Below, in pieces: positions 1 through 7,616 of a DNA stretch of 56,236 nucleotides. The DNA comes from a virus. The notes beneath the pieces were generated by a model that worked only from the letters and a program-made list of their open reading frames with translations, ran no database searches and was not told where the DNA came from. Positions within the stretch are counted from its first letter, which is position 1; each line of letters begins with the position of its first letter. Made by a program: the position numbers and the translations under genes. Location: the IMG/VR virus record IMGVR_UViG_3300035497_000528; one strand, given 5' to 3'.

Positions 1-191
1 TTACTGGGGATTCAAATAATTATTTTATTAAATCAAAATATCCAATTCGGAATAAACAGCAGATGCTTAATAAAATGGCGCTTAAGTATGATAAATGGAA
101 TAAAGAAGATTTTGTAATGCGTCCATGCACTTTTGCAGAATACTATCTAGGAATTTTACTTGACAAAATTGTAAATAAATAAAAAAAAGTG

Positions 192-220
192 TTGACAAAC
201 CGCACGTTCAGTGCTATAAT
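192..220 (+). promoter_or_regulatory. sigma70-type promoter TTGACA-N17-TATAAT
   Basis: ttgaca at 192-197 and tataat at 215-220, 17-bp spacer, RBS and ATG follow at 253. Confidence 0.6.
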
Positions 221-252
221 AACATTATCAAATGAAAGAGAGGAAATCAAAA

Positions 253-708
253 ATGACAAAACAGACAATGATTAAAAATTATAGAAAGTTCAGTGCGGCA
301 GATGCTTACATCTTAGGTTTTATTTACAAACACTTCGTTTACATGATTCAGGTTGATGAAATCATGCCGAGATTCATGCGAGTAGAACATGAATCCAGTA
401 AAAAAGGTGGCGCTGAAAAATTACAGTTCAGACTTCCGCAGAAATACCAAGAACAGCTTATTAAAAAAGGCGCTACGTGCTTAGGTTCAGAAGAAATTTT
501 AAACGGCAGATACAACAAAGGCGTTGAGTTTGAAAGAATTATTTCTGAATTAAACGGACAGGAGTTTAGAGGAAAAGACAATGTTCCATTTTACGTTGAA
601 GGAGATTTGAACATCGACGGAAAAGAAATACAGGTAAAATTTAATGGTGCACAGATTGTTTGTGTAAGAACCTTGAAAAAATTACAGAAAATGCAGAAAA
701 CCGCTTGA
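253..708 (+). CDS. hypothetical protein (track ORF 232..708; start more likely the 253 ATG, spaced after the RBS gaaagagagg)
   Basis: long ORF, RBS about 8 nt upstream of 253, promoter upstream, followed by hairpin ccgcttgacaagcgg. Confidence 0.55.
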   Translation: MTKQTMIKNYRKFSAADAYILGFIYKHFVYMIQVDEIMPRFMRVEHESSKKGGAEKLQFRLPQKYQEQLIKKGATCLGSEEILNGRYNKGVEFERIISELNGQEFRGKDNVPFYVEGDLNIDGKEIQVKFNGAQIVCVRTLKKLQKMQKTA

Positions 709-759
709 CAAGCGGTTCTGCATCTGCTATAATTAGTATCAGAAAGAGAGGTAAATGAA

Positions 760-879
760 ATGTCAATCTTGTACACAACTAAGGAAGCTTTTGAGAAGGC
801 AGAAAAGTATTTAAAAGAAAATCAGTTCTTGTATGTGGTAGAAAAGGACGCTAATGGCTACAAAATAATTTTAAAATAG
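760..879 (+). CDS. small hypothetical protein (39 aa, MSILYTTKEAFEKAEKY...)
   Basis: RBS agagaggtaaatgaaATG as at other early genes; not in the 60-aa ORF track. Confidence 0.4.
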   Translation: MSILYTTKEAFEKAEKYLKENQFLYVVEKDANGYKIILK

Positions 880-893
880 TTAAAAGAAAATAC

Positions 894-922
894 TTGACAA
901 TTACCAAAAAATAGGTTATAAT
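894..922 (+). promoter_or_regulatory. sigma70-type promoter TTGACA-N17-TATAAT
   Basis: ttgaca 894-899, tataat 917-922. Confidence 0.6.
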
Positions 923-959
923 AATATTATCAAAAGAAAGAAAGAAAGAGGTAGATAAA

Positions 960-1400
960 ATGACAAGAACAATTTATTTCGACATGGATGGAACAATCGC
1001 AAACTTCTATGGAGTAGAGGGATGGCTGGAAGATTTAATGAACTCGAACACAAGACCTTATGAAATTGCAAAACCGCTTTTAAACTTTTCAAGTTTCGCA
1101 AGACAGCTTCACAGATTGCAGAACAGCGGTTACAGAATCGGAATTGTATCATGGCTTTCCAAGAGTGGCTCACCAGAGTTCAATGCAGAAGTTACCGCAA
1201 CAAAGCTGAAATGGCTTGCTAAACATCTTCCGAGTGTTGAATGGGATGAAATCAAAATTGTCACTTATGGAACACCAAAAAGTTCGGTAGTATCTGACAG
1301 AACAGGTTTCCTGTTCGATGATGAAGAAAGAAACAGAACAGAATGGGGCGCAAATGCTTTCGATGTTCAGAATATCATGGAAATTCTCAGAAGCTTCTGA
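960..1400 (+). CDS. HAD-superfamily hydrolase, 5'(3')-deoxyribonucleotidase-like
   Basis: N-terminal motif IYFDMDGTI (HAD motif I DxDGT); size and layout resemble phage/host NT5C-type dNMP nucleotidases. Confidence 0.6.
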   Translation: MTRTIYFDMDGTIANFYGVEGWLEDLMNSNTRPYEIAKPLLNFSSFARQLHRLQNSGYRIGIVSWLSKSGSPEFNAEVTATKLKWLAKHLPSVEWDEIKIVTYGTPKSSVVSDRTGFLFDDEERNRTEWGANAFDVQNIMEILRSF

Positions 1401-1410
1401 GAATTTCCCC

Positions 1411-1439
1411 TTGACAGGGGGCGCCAACAGTGGTATAAT
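1411..1439 (+). promoter_or_regulatory. promoter whose -35 lies inside the loop of terminator hairpin ttcccc-ttgaca-ggggg
   Basis: ttgaca 1411-1416, tataat 1434-1439; inverted repeat cccc/gggg flanks the -35. Confidence 0.55.
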
Positions 1440-1466
1440 AAAGAAAAAAGAAAAGAGGCTGATACA

Positions 1467-1676
1467 ATGAAAAGAATTTACGTTTGGGATAGTGATGGAG
1501 ACATTGGAGCGTATGCAACAAAAGAGTTAGCAATGCAAGCCTTTGAAACCTATTATTTAAACTATCGGTTTAAAGAGAGTGAGGAAAAAGAAAAAGAAGA
1601 AGCGCGCCAACAGATGGAAGAAGAAGGCTATTACTACGATGAGCAGATTTATCCAGTGAATTTCTACGAGGATTGA
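1467..1676 (+). CDS. hypothetical protein (69 aa, acidic C-terminus)
   Basis: ORF with RBS aaagaggctgatacaATG. Confidence 0.5.
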   Translation: MKRIYVWDSDGDIGAYATKELAMQAFETYYLNYRFKESEEKEKEEARQQMEEEGYYYDEQIYPVNFYED

Positions 1677-1894
1677 AAGGGGGCAAACAAATGTTCTGGG
1701 TTTTGCGGTTTGTGGACAGCATTGATGATCATTACTTTCTGGAATGGGATAATGCAGTAAAATACTTTCGAGAGAATATTCTTCTGGGAGTAGACAGAAA
1801 AACAAGACTGGAAGCATTAGACAACATAGAAAAGTATGGCGAGTGGCAAGGCTGGTCTATTTATCTCGATGAATTTGAGGATGGTGAGAAGTAA
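1673..1894 (+). CDS. hypothetical protein (73 aa)
   Basis: ORF overlapping the previous stop (ATGA-type coupling), RBS gaaagggggc. Confidence 0.5.
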   Translation: MKGGKQMFWVLRFVDSIDDHYFLEWDNAVKYFRENILLGVDRKTRLEALDNIEKYGEWQGWSIYLDEFEDGEK

Positions 1895-1903
1895 AAAGTC
1901 AAG

Positions 1904-1936
1904 AGTCAAGTTGCACAAACTTGACTCTAAATTTTT
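1904..1936 (+). terminator. rho-independent terminator hairpin gagtcaag..cttgactc plus T-run
   Basis: perfect 8-bp stem then taaattttt; the loop contains the TGCACAAA box. Confidence 0.5.
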
Positions 1937-1950
1937 GTTTAAATTGCCTA

Positions 1951-2010
1951 TTGACAAATTCCAGGAGATGATGTAAAATGGCGCGCCGGCCACGCACCTG
2001 GGCCGGCGAA
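1951..2010 (+). ncRNA. micro transcription unit: promoter (ttgaca 1951-1956, taaaat 1974-1979) feeding straight into GC hairpin cgccggcc..ggccggcg
   Basis: no ORF or RBS; homologous units at 4365-4430 and 6040-6100; a convergent minus-strand promoter (rc of 2017-2046) faces the same hairpin. Confidence 0.4.
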
Positions 2011-2263
2011 ATTTCCATTATACCACACGGCTCAGCTTTTGTCAAGCAAAAAGTTGCACAAATTTTCTCGCTTAAATTTTCCCGAAATTGGGCACTTTGC
2101 TACTGGACCTGTGTCAACTGGCAATCTGCACAAACTTTTTCTGTTATCTTTGTACAGATTGCCTATTGCACTTTTGGTCAAGATGGCTTATAATAGGTTT
2201 ATCAGTTGAGGGGAACAGAAGTCAAGAGCAAACAAAAAAAATAAAAATAAATAAAAAAAATGC

Positions 2264-2292
2264 TTGACAAACTTCCTACTCCATGATATAAT
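2264..2292 (+). promoter_or_regulatory. strong promoter with A-rich UP element and extended -10 (TGaTATAAT)
   Basis: aaaaaaaataaaaataaataaaaaaaatgcTTGACAaac-N-catgaTATAAT; near-identical copies at 3158, 5222, 7055. Confidence 0.65.
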
Positions 2293-2323
2293 AAATACAT
2301 AAAGAACAGAGAGGTAAAAAGAA

Positions 2324-3022
2324 ATGGAGCAGAAAAAAATTGACAGAAGAATTAGTTACAAGGTAGTTTTAGATTGTGAGAGTTGTCCGCTTGACAAAAC
2401 TTTGGAAGGTGTACTTCCTAGCAATATGTTTTCCTATGATGTGGGTTGGGCGGTAGTTGATAAAAGGGGTTTTGTGTATGTAGTGAGAAGTTTTGTTGTT
2501 GATGAAATTTTTAACAAAGAAAAAGAACTGATGCAGTCAAGCTATTATGCAAAAAAAATTCCGATGTATAAAAAGGAAATTGCAGAGGGTAAAAGAATTG
2601 TTGCAAGTTTCTATGAAATCAGAAAACAGCTTGCGGATGACATGAAACTTTATGAAGTCAAGGAAGTGTATGCGCACAACATGCGTTTTGACTATGGAAC
2701 TTTAAACAATACTCAAAGATGGTTGACAAAATCCAAATATAGGTTTTTCTTTCCTTATGGAACTGAAATTTGCGATACTTTGAAAATGTCAAGACAGGTT
2801 ATTGGAAAAATGCCAACTTATCAGAAATTTTGTGAAGAAAATGGTTATTTAACCAAAAATGGCAGACTTCGATTTACCGCTGAAATCCTTTACAGATTTA
2901 TTTCAAAAAACAATGAATTTTCTGAAAACCACACTGGTTTGGAAGATGTTTTAATTGAAAAAGAAATTCTTGCATACTGTTTTAAACAGCACAAGAAAAT
3001 GGTTCGGAAGTTGTGGGCTTAA
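2324..3022 (+). CDS. DEDD-family 3'-5' exonuclease (DnaQ/epsilon-like)
   Basis: Exo I-like VVLDCESC and Exo II-like VYAHNMRFDYGTL motifs; 232 aa. Confidence 0.55.
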   Translation: MEQKKIDRRISYKVVLDCESCPLDKTLEGVLPSNMFSYDVGWAVVDKRGFVYVVRSFVVDEIFNKEKELMQSSYYAKKIPMYKKEIAEGKRIVASFYEIRKQLADDMKLYEVKEVYAHNMRFDYGTLNNTQRWLTKSKYRFFFPYGTEICDTLKMSRQVIGKMPTYQKFCEENGYLTKNGRLRFTAEILYRFISKNNEFSENHTGLEDVLIEKEILAYCFKQHKKMVRKLWA

Positions 3023-3157
3023 ACAAGCCCACAAGGACGGCGAAAAAAAATAAAAAAAAAAAGCTTGACAAACAAGTCAACCTGTGGTATCATTAAAGAG
3101 TAGCAAGGGAAGGAAAGTCAAGAGTGAAATAAAAAAAGAAAAAAAATAAAAAAAGTC

Positions 3158-3186
3158 TTGACAAACATAAAACCCTATGATATAAT
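3158..3186 (+). promoter_or_regulatory. strong promoter (UP element plus TTGACA-N17-TATAAT); second of two tandem promoters (first at 3065-3093)
   Basis: conserved cassette shared with 2264, 5222, 7055. Confidence 0.65.
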
Positions 3187-3239
3187 AAATACATAAAGAA
3201 AACAAAATAAAAATTAAAAGAAAGAAAGAGGTAGGTATT

Positions 3240-3623
3240 ATGACAAACAAAATGACTAACAAAAAGGCACTGGAAATCGCAATCGAGGTTATGAACGCTC
3301 AGGAAAACCCTAATGCAGAGGTTATCGAGAAACTGGAAAAGATTCTTGAGCAGACTGTTAAAAAGAACTCGGCTGAGAGAAAGCCAACAGCAACTCAGAC
3401 CGCAAATGAGGGTCTGAAAGAATCCATTCTCACTTATCTTTTTACTACAAAAACAAAGAAAACAATCTCGGAACTGATGAAAGAAGTTCCGGCACTCGAA
3501 GGACTTGCAAATCAGAAAGTCACAGCACTTGTAAGAGCGCTGAAAGATGATGGTTTGGTTGTAAGAATCGAGGAAAAGCGGAAAGCGTATTTCGCTTACA
3601 ACTCTTCTAAGGAAGAAGAGTAA
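3240..3623 (+). CDS. MTNKMTNK-family small protein, paralog A (putative winged-helix-like C-terminus)
   Basis: three paralogs (3240, 5307, 7140) share N-terminus MTNKMTNKKALEIAIE and C-terminal KVTALVR.LKDDG.V.RIEEKRKAYF; distant relative at 18725. Confidence 0.6.
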   Translation: MTNKMTNKKALEIAIEVMNAQENPNAEVIEKLEKILEQTVKKNSAERKPTATQTANEGLKESILTYLFTTKTKKTISELMKEVPALEGLANQKVTALVRALKDDGLVVRIEEKRKAYFAYNSSKEEE

Positions 3624-3636
3624 AGAAAAAAAATCA

Positions 3637-3657
3637 AGGGGAAATGAAAATTTCCCC
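3637..3657 (+). terminator. terminator hairpin ggggaaatgaaaatttcccc abutting the next -35
   Basis: 4-bp G/C clamp stem with AT loop right after the stop of 3240 gene; ttgaca starts at 3658. Confidence 0.45.
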
Positions 3658-3718
3658 TTGACAATCTCAATCGGCTGTGATAGAATAAGGTATAAACTAA
3701 AGAAAGGAGATAATCAGC

Positions 3719-4087
3719 ATGGATGAAAAGTTGATTGCAAAGCAAATGAAATTGCTCGGTTTGAGCAGAGAGGAAGCAATCCAGTTGATTGAGGATGATG
3801 AGCGGATAGATAAAGGCGAAAAGCTTTTTGATTTATCTAAGGAACAGGAAAAAGCTTCCAAGAAAGCAAGACAGGTTGAAAGGAAAGTGACAGCTTATAA
3901 GTTTGATACTTCTAAGAGAGAAAAGAAAAAGAATCCAGACAAGGAAGAACTGGTTTCAACTATGATTCAAGCATTGTCTGATAGTTTGGGAATTGTGGTT
4001 GATGAAGTTGCAAACCCAGAAAGAGAGTTTGTTTTCCATTTCCATGATACAAAATACAAAGTAGTTTTGAGCGCCCCCAGAAAATAG
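3719..4087 (+). CDS. hypothetical protein, paralog of 7617..8027 (QMKLLGLSREEAIQLIEDDE family)
   Basis: shared N-terminal motif and K/E-rich middle with the 7617 ORF; strong RBS aaaggaga. Confidence 0.55.
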   Translation: MDEKLIAKQMKLLGLSREEAIQLIEDDERIDKGEKLFDLSKEQEKASKKARQVERKVTAYKFDTSKREKKKNPDKEELVSTMIQALSDSLGIVVDEVANPEREFVFHFHDTKYKVVLSAPRK

Positions 4088-4133
4088 GGGGCGAAAAACC
4101 AGAAAATAGGAAAAGCGCAAAGGAGATAAAAAC

Positions 4134-4280
4134 ATGAAACATTTCGGTTTGGTAATCGACAAAAATGCAGATAACATTCTTTTGGATTTAGAAACAGGTG
4201 AGATTCTTGCAAAGGGTAAAAGCGCAATACAGGCGCATCTGTTGAAGCATGAAAACCGTTTCACCTTACAGCTGGTTTAA
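4134..4280 (+). CDS. small hypothetical protein (48 aa, MKHFGLVIDKNADNILLDLETGEIL...)
   Basis: RBS aaaggagataaaaacATG; followed by terminator 4292-4321. Confidence 0.45.
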   Translation: MKHFGLVIDKNADNILLDLETGEILAKGKSAIQAHLLKHENRFTLQLV

Positions 4281-4291
4281 ATGAGATTAAA

Positions 4292-4321
4292 AAGACTTTA
4301 ACTTGTTAAAGTCTTTTTTTT
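4292..4321 (+). terminator. rho-independent terminator aagactttaacttgttaaagtctt plus T8
   Basis: 9-bp stem then tttttttt. Confidence 0.7.
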
Positions 4322-4364
4322 GTGCAAAATGACGAATCAAAATTTTTGTGCATTTTGCCTATTG

Positions 4365-4430
4365 ACAAAATCCAAAAGGTGGAGTATAATTGAGCCGCCC
4401 GATTACGCTTGCGCTGGGCGGTTTTTGTGC
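4365..4430 (+). ncRNA. micro transcription unit: promoter ttgacaaaatccaaaaggtggagtataat then hairpin gagccgcccgattacgcttgcgctgggcgg plus T5
   Basis: no ORF; predicted product is a hairpin-only RNA of about 40 nt; homologous to units at 1951 and 6040. Confidence 0.4.
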
Positions 4431-4503
4431 AGTTTGTATAGTTCAGAGTTTTTCTTTTGGAAATCTTTGTGCAAAATTTTTTAAACGAATTTCCCGAAAT
4501 GGG

Positions 4504-4532
4504 TTGACAAAATGGCACGTAGGCATTATAAT
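4504..4532 (+). promoter_or_regulatory. sigma70-type promoter TTGACA-N17-TATAAT
   Basis: ttgaca 4504-4509, tataat 4527-4532. Confidence 0.6.
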
Positions 4533-4557
4533 AGTCTTATCAAATGAAAGAGAGGTA

Positions 4558-4848
4558 ATGAAAATGGTAGATAAATATTACATGACAATCAATGGAGCTG
4601 AATACAACGCACTGTTCGCTGACCCATTTGAGGCGGCTGACTTCCTCGATGCGAATGACGCAGATGGCAACGTGACCATCATCAACCGTATCCAGTCCAT
4701 GACTCCTCAGGAGGCTTTGGATGATCCGGAGTTCGATACTGGATACAAGGCTGAGGTAGTAGCCGCTGTACTCATTCCGAACCATCGTCAGTACACCAAG
4801 AGTGAACAGCTGATTGACCTGCTGAAAGGCTTAGGCTATCAGCTGTAA
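4558..4848 (+). CDS. hypothetical acidic protein (96 aa; track ORF 4390..4848 runs through the promoter, true start likely 4558 or 4564)
   Basis: RBS gaaagagaggtaATGaaaATG in frame; codon-like composition only after 4558. Confidence 0.5.
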   Translation: MKMVDKYYMTINGAEYNALFADPFEAADFLDANDADGNVTIINRIQSMTPQEALDDPEFDTGYKAEVVAAVLIPNHRQYTKSEQLIDLLKGLGYQL

Positions 4849-4853
4849 GCCTA

Positions 4854-4884
4854 AAGCCAGCCCGATAATTGGGCTGGCCGCTTT
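4854..4884. terminator. bidirectional terminator hairpin gccagcccgataattgggctggc
   Basis: follows the 4848 stop; also ends the leftward transcript from the minus-strand promoter at about 4915-4945. Confidence 0.5.
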
Positions 4885-5221
4885 CCACTGACGCGGCCAG
4901 AATTTCGATTATACCACAGGCTTCAGCATTTTGTCAAGTAAAACCGGCGAAAAAACTGCACAAATATTTTTCCCAAAATTTGTGCAGTTTGCCGATTGTG
5001 TTTTTGGGGCAGATGTGGTATTATAATAATGTCAAGAGGGAAGAGAAAAGGCTTCCAAGAGAAAAGAAAAAAAATAAAAAAAAAAAAACTCTTGACAAGT
5101 TAAATAAGAAGTGTTATAATAAAGACATCAAGAAGGGAAATGAGTTTCCTAACAGTCGAACTTGGATAGGTTGTAATTGGCGGTCGGATGAGCCATCTCA
5201 AAAAAAAATAAAAAAAACTTC

Positions 5222-5250
5222 TTGACAAACACTTCAAAGCATGATATAAT
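5222..5250 (+). promoter_or_regulatory. strong promoter cassette copy (UP element, TTGACA-N17-TATAAT)
   Basis: ttgaca 5222-5227, atgaTATAAT 5241-5250; an additional upstream promoter at 5093-5120 appears to give a non-coding leader. Confidence 0.65.
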
Positions 5251-5306
5251 AAAAACATCAAAAGGAACAAGGAAAAAGTTCTAAAAACCAGAAAGGAATT
5301 GATACT

Positions 5307-5702
5307 ATGACAAATAAGATGACAAACAAGAAGGCACTGGAAATTGCAATCGACCTTATGTATGCTCAGGAAAATCCTGACAAGGAAGCTATTGAAAAGC
5401 TTGAAAACATTCTTTACCAGACTAACAAGAAGAACTCTGCATCAAGAAAGCCGACAGCAACGCAGGTTGCTAATGAAGGTCTTAAGACTGACATTATCGC
5501 TTTCCTGTCCGATGGTAAGAGAGCAACAGTAACAGAAATCATGAAGGGTGTGGCAAGCCTCAGCGGTCTGTCTAACCAGAAGGTTTCCGCTATTGTTAGA
5601 CAGCTCAAGGAAGATGGGGTAGTTATCAGAATCGAGGAAAAGAGAAAGGTATATTTCTACCTTGCTAATCTTCCGGAAAGCAATGAGGAAACTGAGGAAT
5701 AA
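5307..5702 (+). CDS. MTNKMTNK-family small protein, paralog B
   Basis: same family as 3240 and 7140. Confidence 0.6.
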   Translation: MTNKMTNKKALEIAIDLMYAQENPDKEAIEKLENILYQTNKKNSASRKPTATQVANEGLKTDIIAFLSDGKRATVTEIMKGVASLSGLSNQKVSAIVRQLKEDGVVIRIEEKRKVYFYLANLPESNEETEE

Positions 5703-5726
5703 TCCTCAGTTTCCCCCAAAAGGGGG
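5688..5726 (+). terminator. tandem terminator hairpins (ctgaggaataatcctcag; cccccaaaaggggg) abutting the -35 at 5727
   Basis: two perfect inverted repeats straddling the stop codon, followed by ttgaca. Confidence 0.45.
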
Positions 5727-5787
5727 TTGACAGCTAGTCTACGCTATGGTATAATAACAGTATCAAAAAGAAAGAGAGGGAAATAAA

Positions 5788-5988
5788 ATGGATGTTTATG
5801 GTTTGGTAAATACTTCTTTAACGCTTGCAAGAATGATTGAGAATGAAAAGGCTCAAGATGCTAAACATTTCGCAAATGCAAGATGTAAGCCCGGAAGTTG
5901 GGTAGGAGTTGCCGCGTACGCAACTGACATGTGCCATGTGGAGTGCACAGGAGAGGAGATAAGAGAAGCCGCATACTTCTACAGTTAA
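5788..5988 (+). CDS. hypothetical protein (66 aa, Cys/His-containing)
   Basis: RBS agagagggaaataaaATG; terminator gaagccttcgggcttcttttttt follows. Confidence 0.5.
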   Translation: MDVYGLVNTSLTLARMIENEKAQDAKHFANARCKPGSWVGVAAYATDMCHVECTGEEIREAAYFYS

Positions 5989-6039
5989 AGAAGCCTTCGG
6001 GCTTCTTTTTTTTGTATAATTTTACCACTTGACAAATTC

Positions 6040-6100
6040 CAGAAGATGTGGTATAATTGGCCGGCCGTGGTCGCATGCGACGGCCGGTTTTTTCGTCAAT
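6040..6100 (+). ncRNA. micro transcription unit: promoter ttgacaaattccagaagatgtggtataat then hairpin ggccggccgtggtcgcatgcgacggccgg plus T6
   Basis: promoter followed within about 7 nt by a perfect GC hairpin and U-tract; no ORF. Confidence 0.45.
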
Positions 6101-6148
6101 AGTCAGTCTGCACAAAATTTCTCCCTGATTTTTGGTAAAAGTGCACAA

Positions 6149-6177
6149 TTGACATTTTCCCAAAATTTTGGTATAAT
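6149..6177 (+). promoter_or_regulatory. sigma70-type promoter with adjacent TGCACAA box
   Basis: ttgaca 6149-6154, tataat 6172-6177. Confidence 0.55.
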
Positions 6178-6207
6178 TTCTTTAGAAAGTAAAGGAGGGA
6201 ATAAACA

Positions 6208-6417
6208 ATGGATGCTTTTAAGAGAGAAACAATGATAGGTTTTACCTGTTGGGATATCAATGCAAAGTGTGTTCATAATCGGAACAGGGCAAAAGACGCC
6301 CACATGGTAAAGCGGTCAGCAAGAAGAAAAAATCGAGAAAAGTTAAAAAAACTATTGACAGACCCTCAAATCTATGTTATAATGATTACATCAAATGAAG
6401 AAAGAGAGGAAATGTAA
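6208..6417 (+). CDS. hypothetical basic protein (69 aa)
   Basis: strong RBS aaggagggaataaacaATG; the 3' end overlaps the promoter at 6355-6383. Confidence 0.45.
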   Translation: MDAFKRETMIGFTCWDINAKCVHNRNRAKDAHMVKRSARRKNREKLKKLLTDPQIYVIMITSNEEREEM

Positions 6418-6418
6418 A

Positions 6419-6595
6419 ATGACAAAAGTATCTTATCTGGTAAATGGAGTTGAAACCACAAGTTATGCAGAGGCAGTTGCTTCTGGACTTCCTTACAAAG
6501 TGAAATACACTGCTTTCCAGATGGAAAGTGGAAATGAAGAAGCGAGAATTGCAAGATGCAAAAAAATCGCTAAAAAGTTTGGATTTGGGGGTTGA
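6419..6595 (+). CDS. small hypothetical protein (58 aa; track ORF 6395..6595, likely start 6419)
   Basis: RBS gaaagagaggaaatgtaaaATG. Confidence 0.45.
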   Translation: MTKVSYLVNGVETTSYAEAVASGLPYKVKYTAFQMESGNEEARIARCKKIAKKFGFGG

Positions 6596-6652
6596 CAAAA
6601 CCCCGAATCCATGATATAATAACTACATCAAATGAAGAAAGGAATTGATAAA

Positions 6653-7015
6653 ATGAAGGAAGTAATTTACTATGAAGCCAATGATGGAGCAAGATTCAAT
6701 GATGAAGATGAATGCAGAAACTATGAATTTCAGCTTGCGCTGAATGCGGTTATTGGACAGTTCACTTTAGCAGATGAAGAAGGTAATTCAGTTGAGAGAT
6801 TAGAAGATGCTTATTTCATCGGAACTAAAACCGAAGAAGCCGCTTTGTTTATCCAGTATTGGGGAGAGGAAGAAGGTCTTTCTAATCCTTTTGATAACTA
6901 CAATGATTTGACCCCATCAGCTGGGCATTACTATTATTCACCTTCTGGAGAATGGAGAGATTTTGATATTGAATATGAGAGAATTATCAAAGTAAAGGAA
7001 ATGTTTGGGGATTGA
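6653..7015 (+). CDS. hypothetical acidic protein (track 6632..7015; likely start 6653 after RBS aaaggaa)
   Basis: ORF with RBS; promoter at 6592-6620 has its -35 inside hairpin gggggttgacaaaacccc. Confidence 0.5.
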   Translation: MKEVIYYEANDGARFNDEDECRNYEFQLALNAVIGQFTLADEEGNSVERLEDAYFIGTKTEEAALFIQYWGEEEGLSNPFDNYNDLTPSAGHYYYSPSGEWRDFDIEYERIIKVKEMFGD

Positions 7016-7054
7016 ATCCCCAAACAAAAATCCCAAAAAAATAAAAAAAAAAGC

Positions 7055-7083
7055 TTGACAAACCTAATAACCCATGATATAAT
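7055..7083 (+). promoter_or_regulatory. strong promoter cassette copy (UP element, TTGACA-N17-TATAAT)
   Basis: ttgaca 7055-7060, tataat 7078-7083. Confidence 0.65.
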
Positions 7084-7139
7084 AAATACATAAAGAACAA
7101 AGAAAACAAATAAAAAAAAGAAAGAAAGAGGTAGATACC

Positions 7140-7517
7140 ATGACAAACAACAAAATGACAAACAAAGTAGCCCTTGAAATCGCAATCGAAGCAGTTAGAG
7201 CAACAGGCAATGAAGAAGCAGTTGCAAAGCTTGAGAAAATTCTTGAGCAGACCATTAAGAAAAATTCAGCAGAGCGCAAGCCGACTGCTACCCAGACTGC
7301 TAATGAAGGTCTGAAAAATGTTATCCTTACTCATCTTGCAGGCGGTGCTTCCGCTACAATCTCCCAGATGATGAAGGAAATTCCGGAACTGGAAGGTTTA
7401 GCAAACCAGAAGGTAACAGCCCTTGTTAGACAGCTCAAAGATGAAGGTAAAGTTATCAGATTTGAGGAAAAGAGAAAAGCTTACTTCAAGCTTGCGGAAA
7501 TTGAGGAGGAGGAGTAA
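7140..7517 (+). CDS. MTNKMTNK-family small protein, paralog C
   Basis: same family as 3240 and 5307. Confidence 0.6.
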   Translation: MTNNKMTNKVALEIAIEAVRATGNEEAVAKLEKILEQTIKKNSAERKPTATQTANEGLKNVILTHLAGGASATISQMMKEIPELEGLANQKVTALVRQLKDEGKVIRFEEKRKAYFKLAEIEEEE

Positions 7518-7616
7518 TCCTCCCCTCCCCGTAGGGGAAAAGTTTAAAAAACTCTTGACAGACCTAGAATTGTGTGCTATACTTAATGTATCAAATGAAG
7601 AAAGGAAGTCGATAAA

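Noticed and set aside
232-252. Upstream in-frame ATG at 232 as the start of the first gene (and similar upstream ATGs at 6632, 44127, 45636, 54977, 55409)
   Set aside because: In each case the upstream ATG overlaps or lies 1-3 nt from the AGGA/GAGG ribosome-binding site, and a second in-frame ATG sits at canonical spacing. I preferred the downstream start but kept the alternatives noted.
1978-2193. 71-aa ORF starting inside the -10/TSS of a micro transcription unit (likewise 4869..5225 and 6029..6235)
   Set aside because: The start codon lies within the promoter and GC hairpin. There is no RBS, and the sequence matches a conserved minus-strand promoter and TGCACAAA boxes. Reading it as a regulatory region explains the conservation better than coding does.
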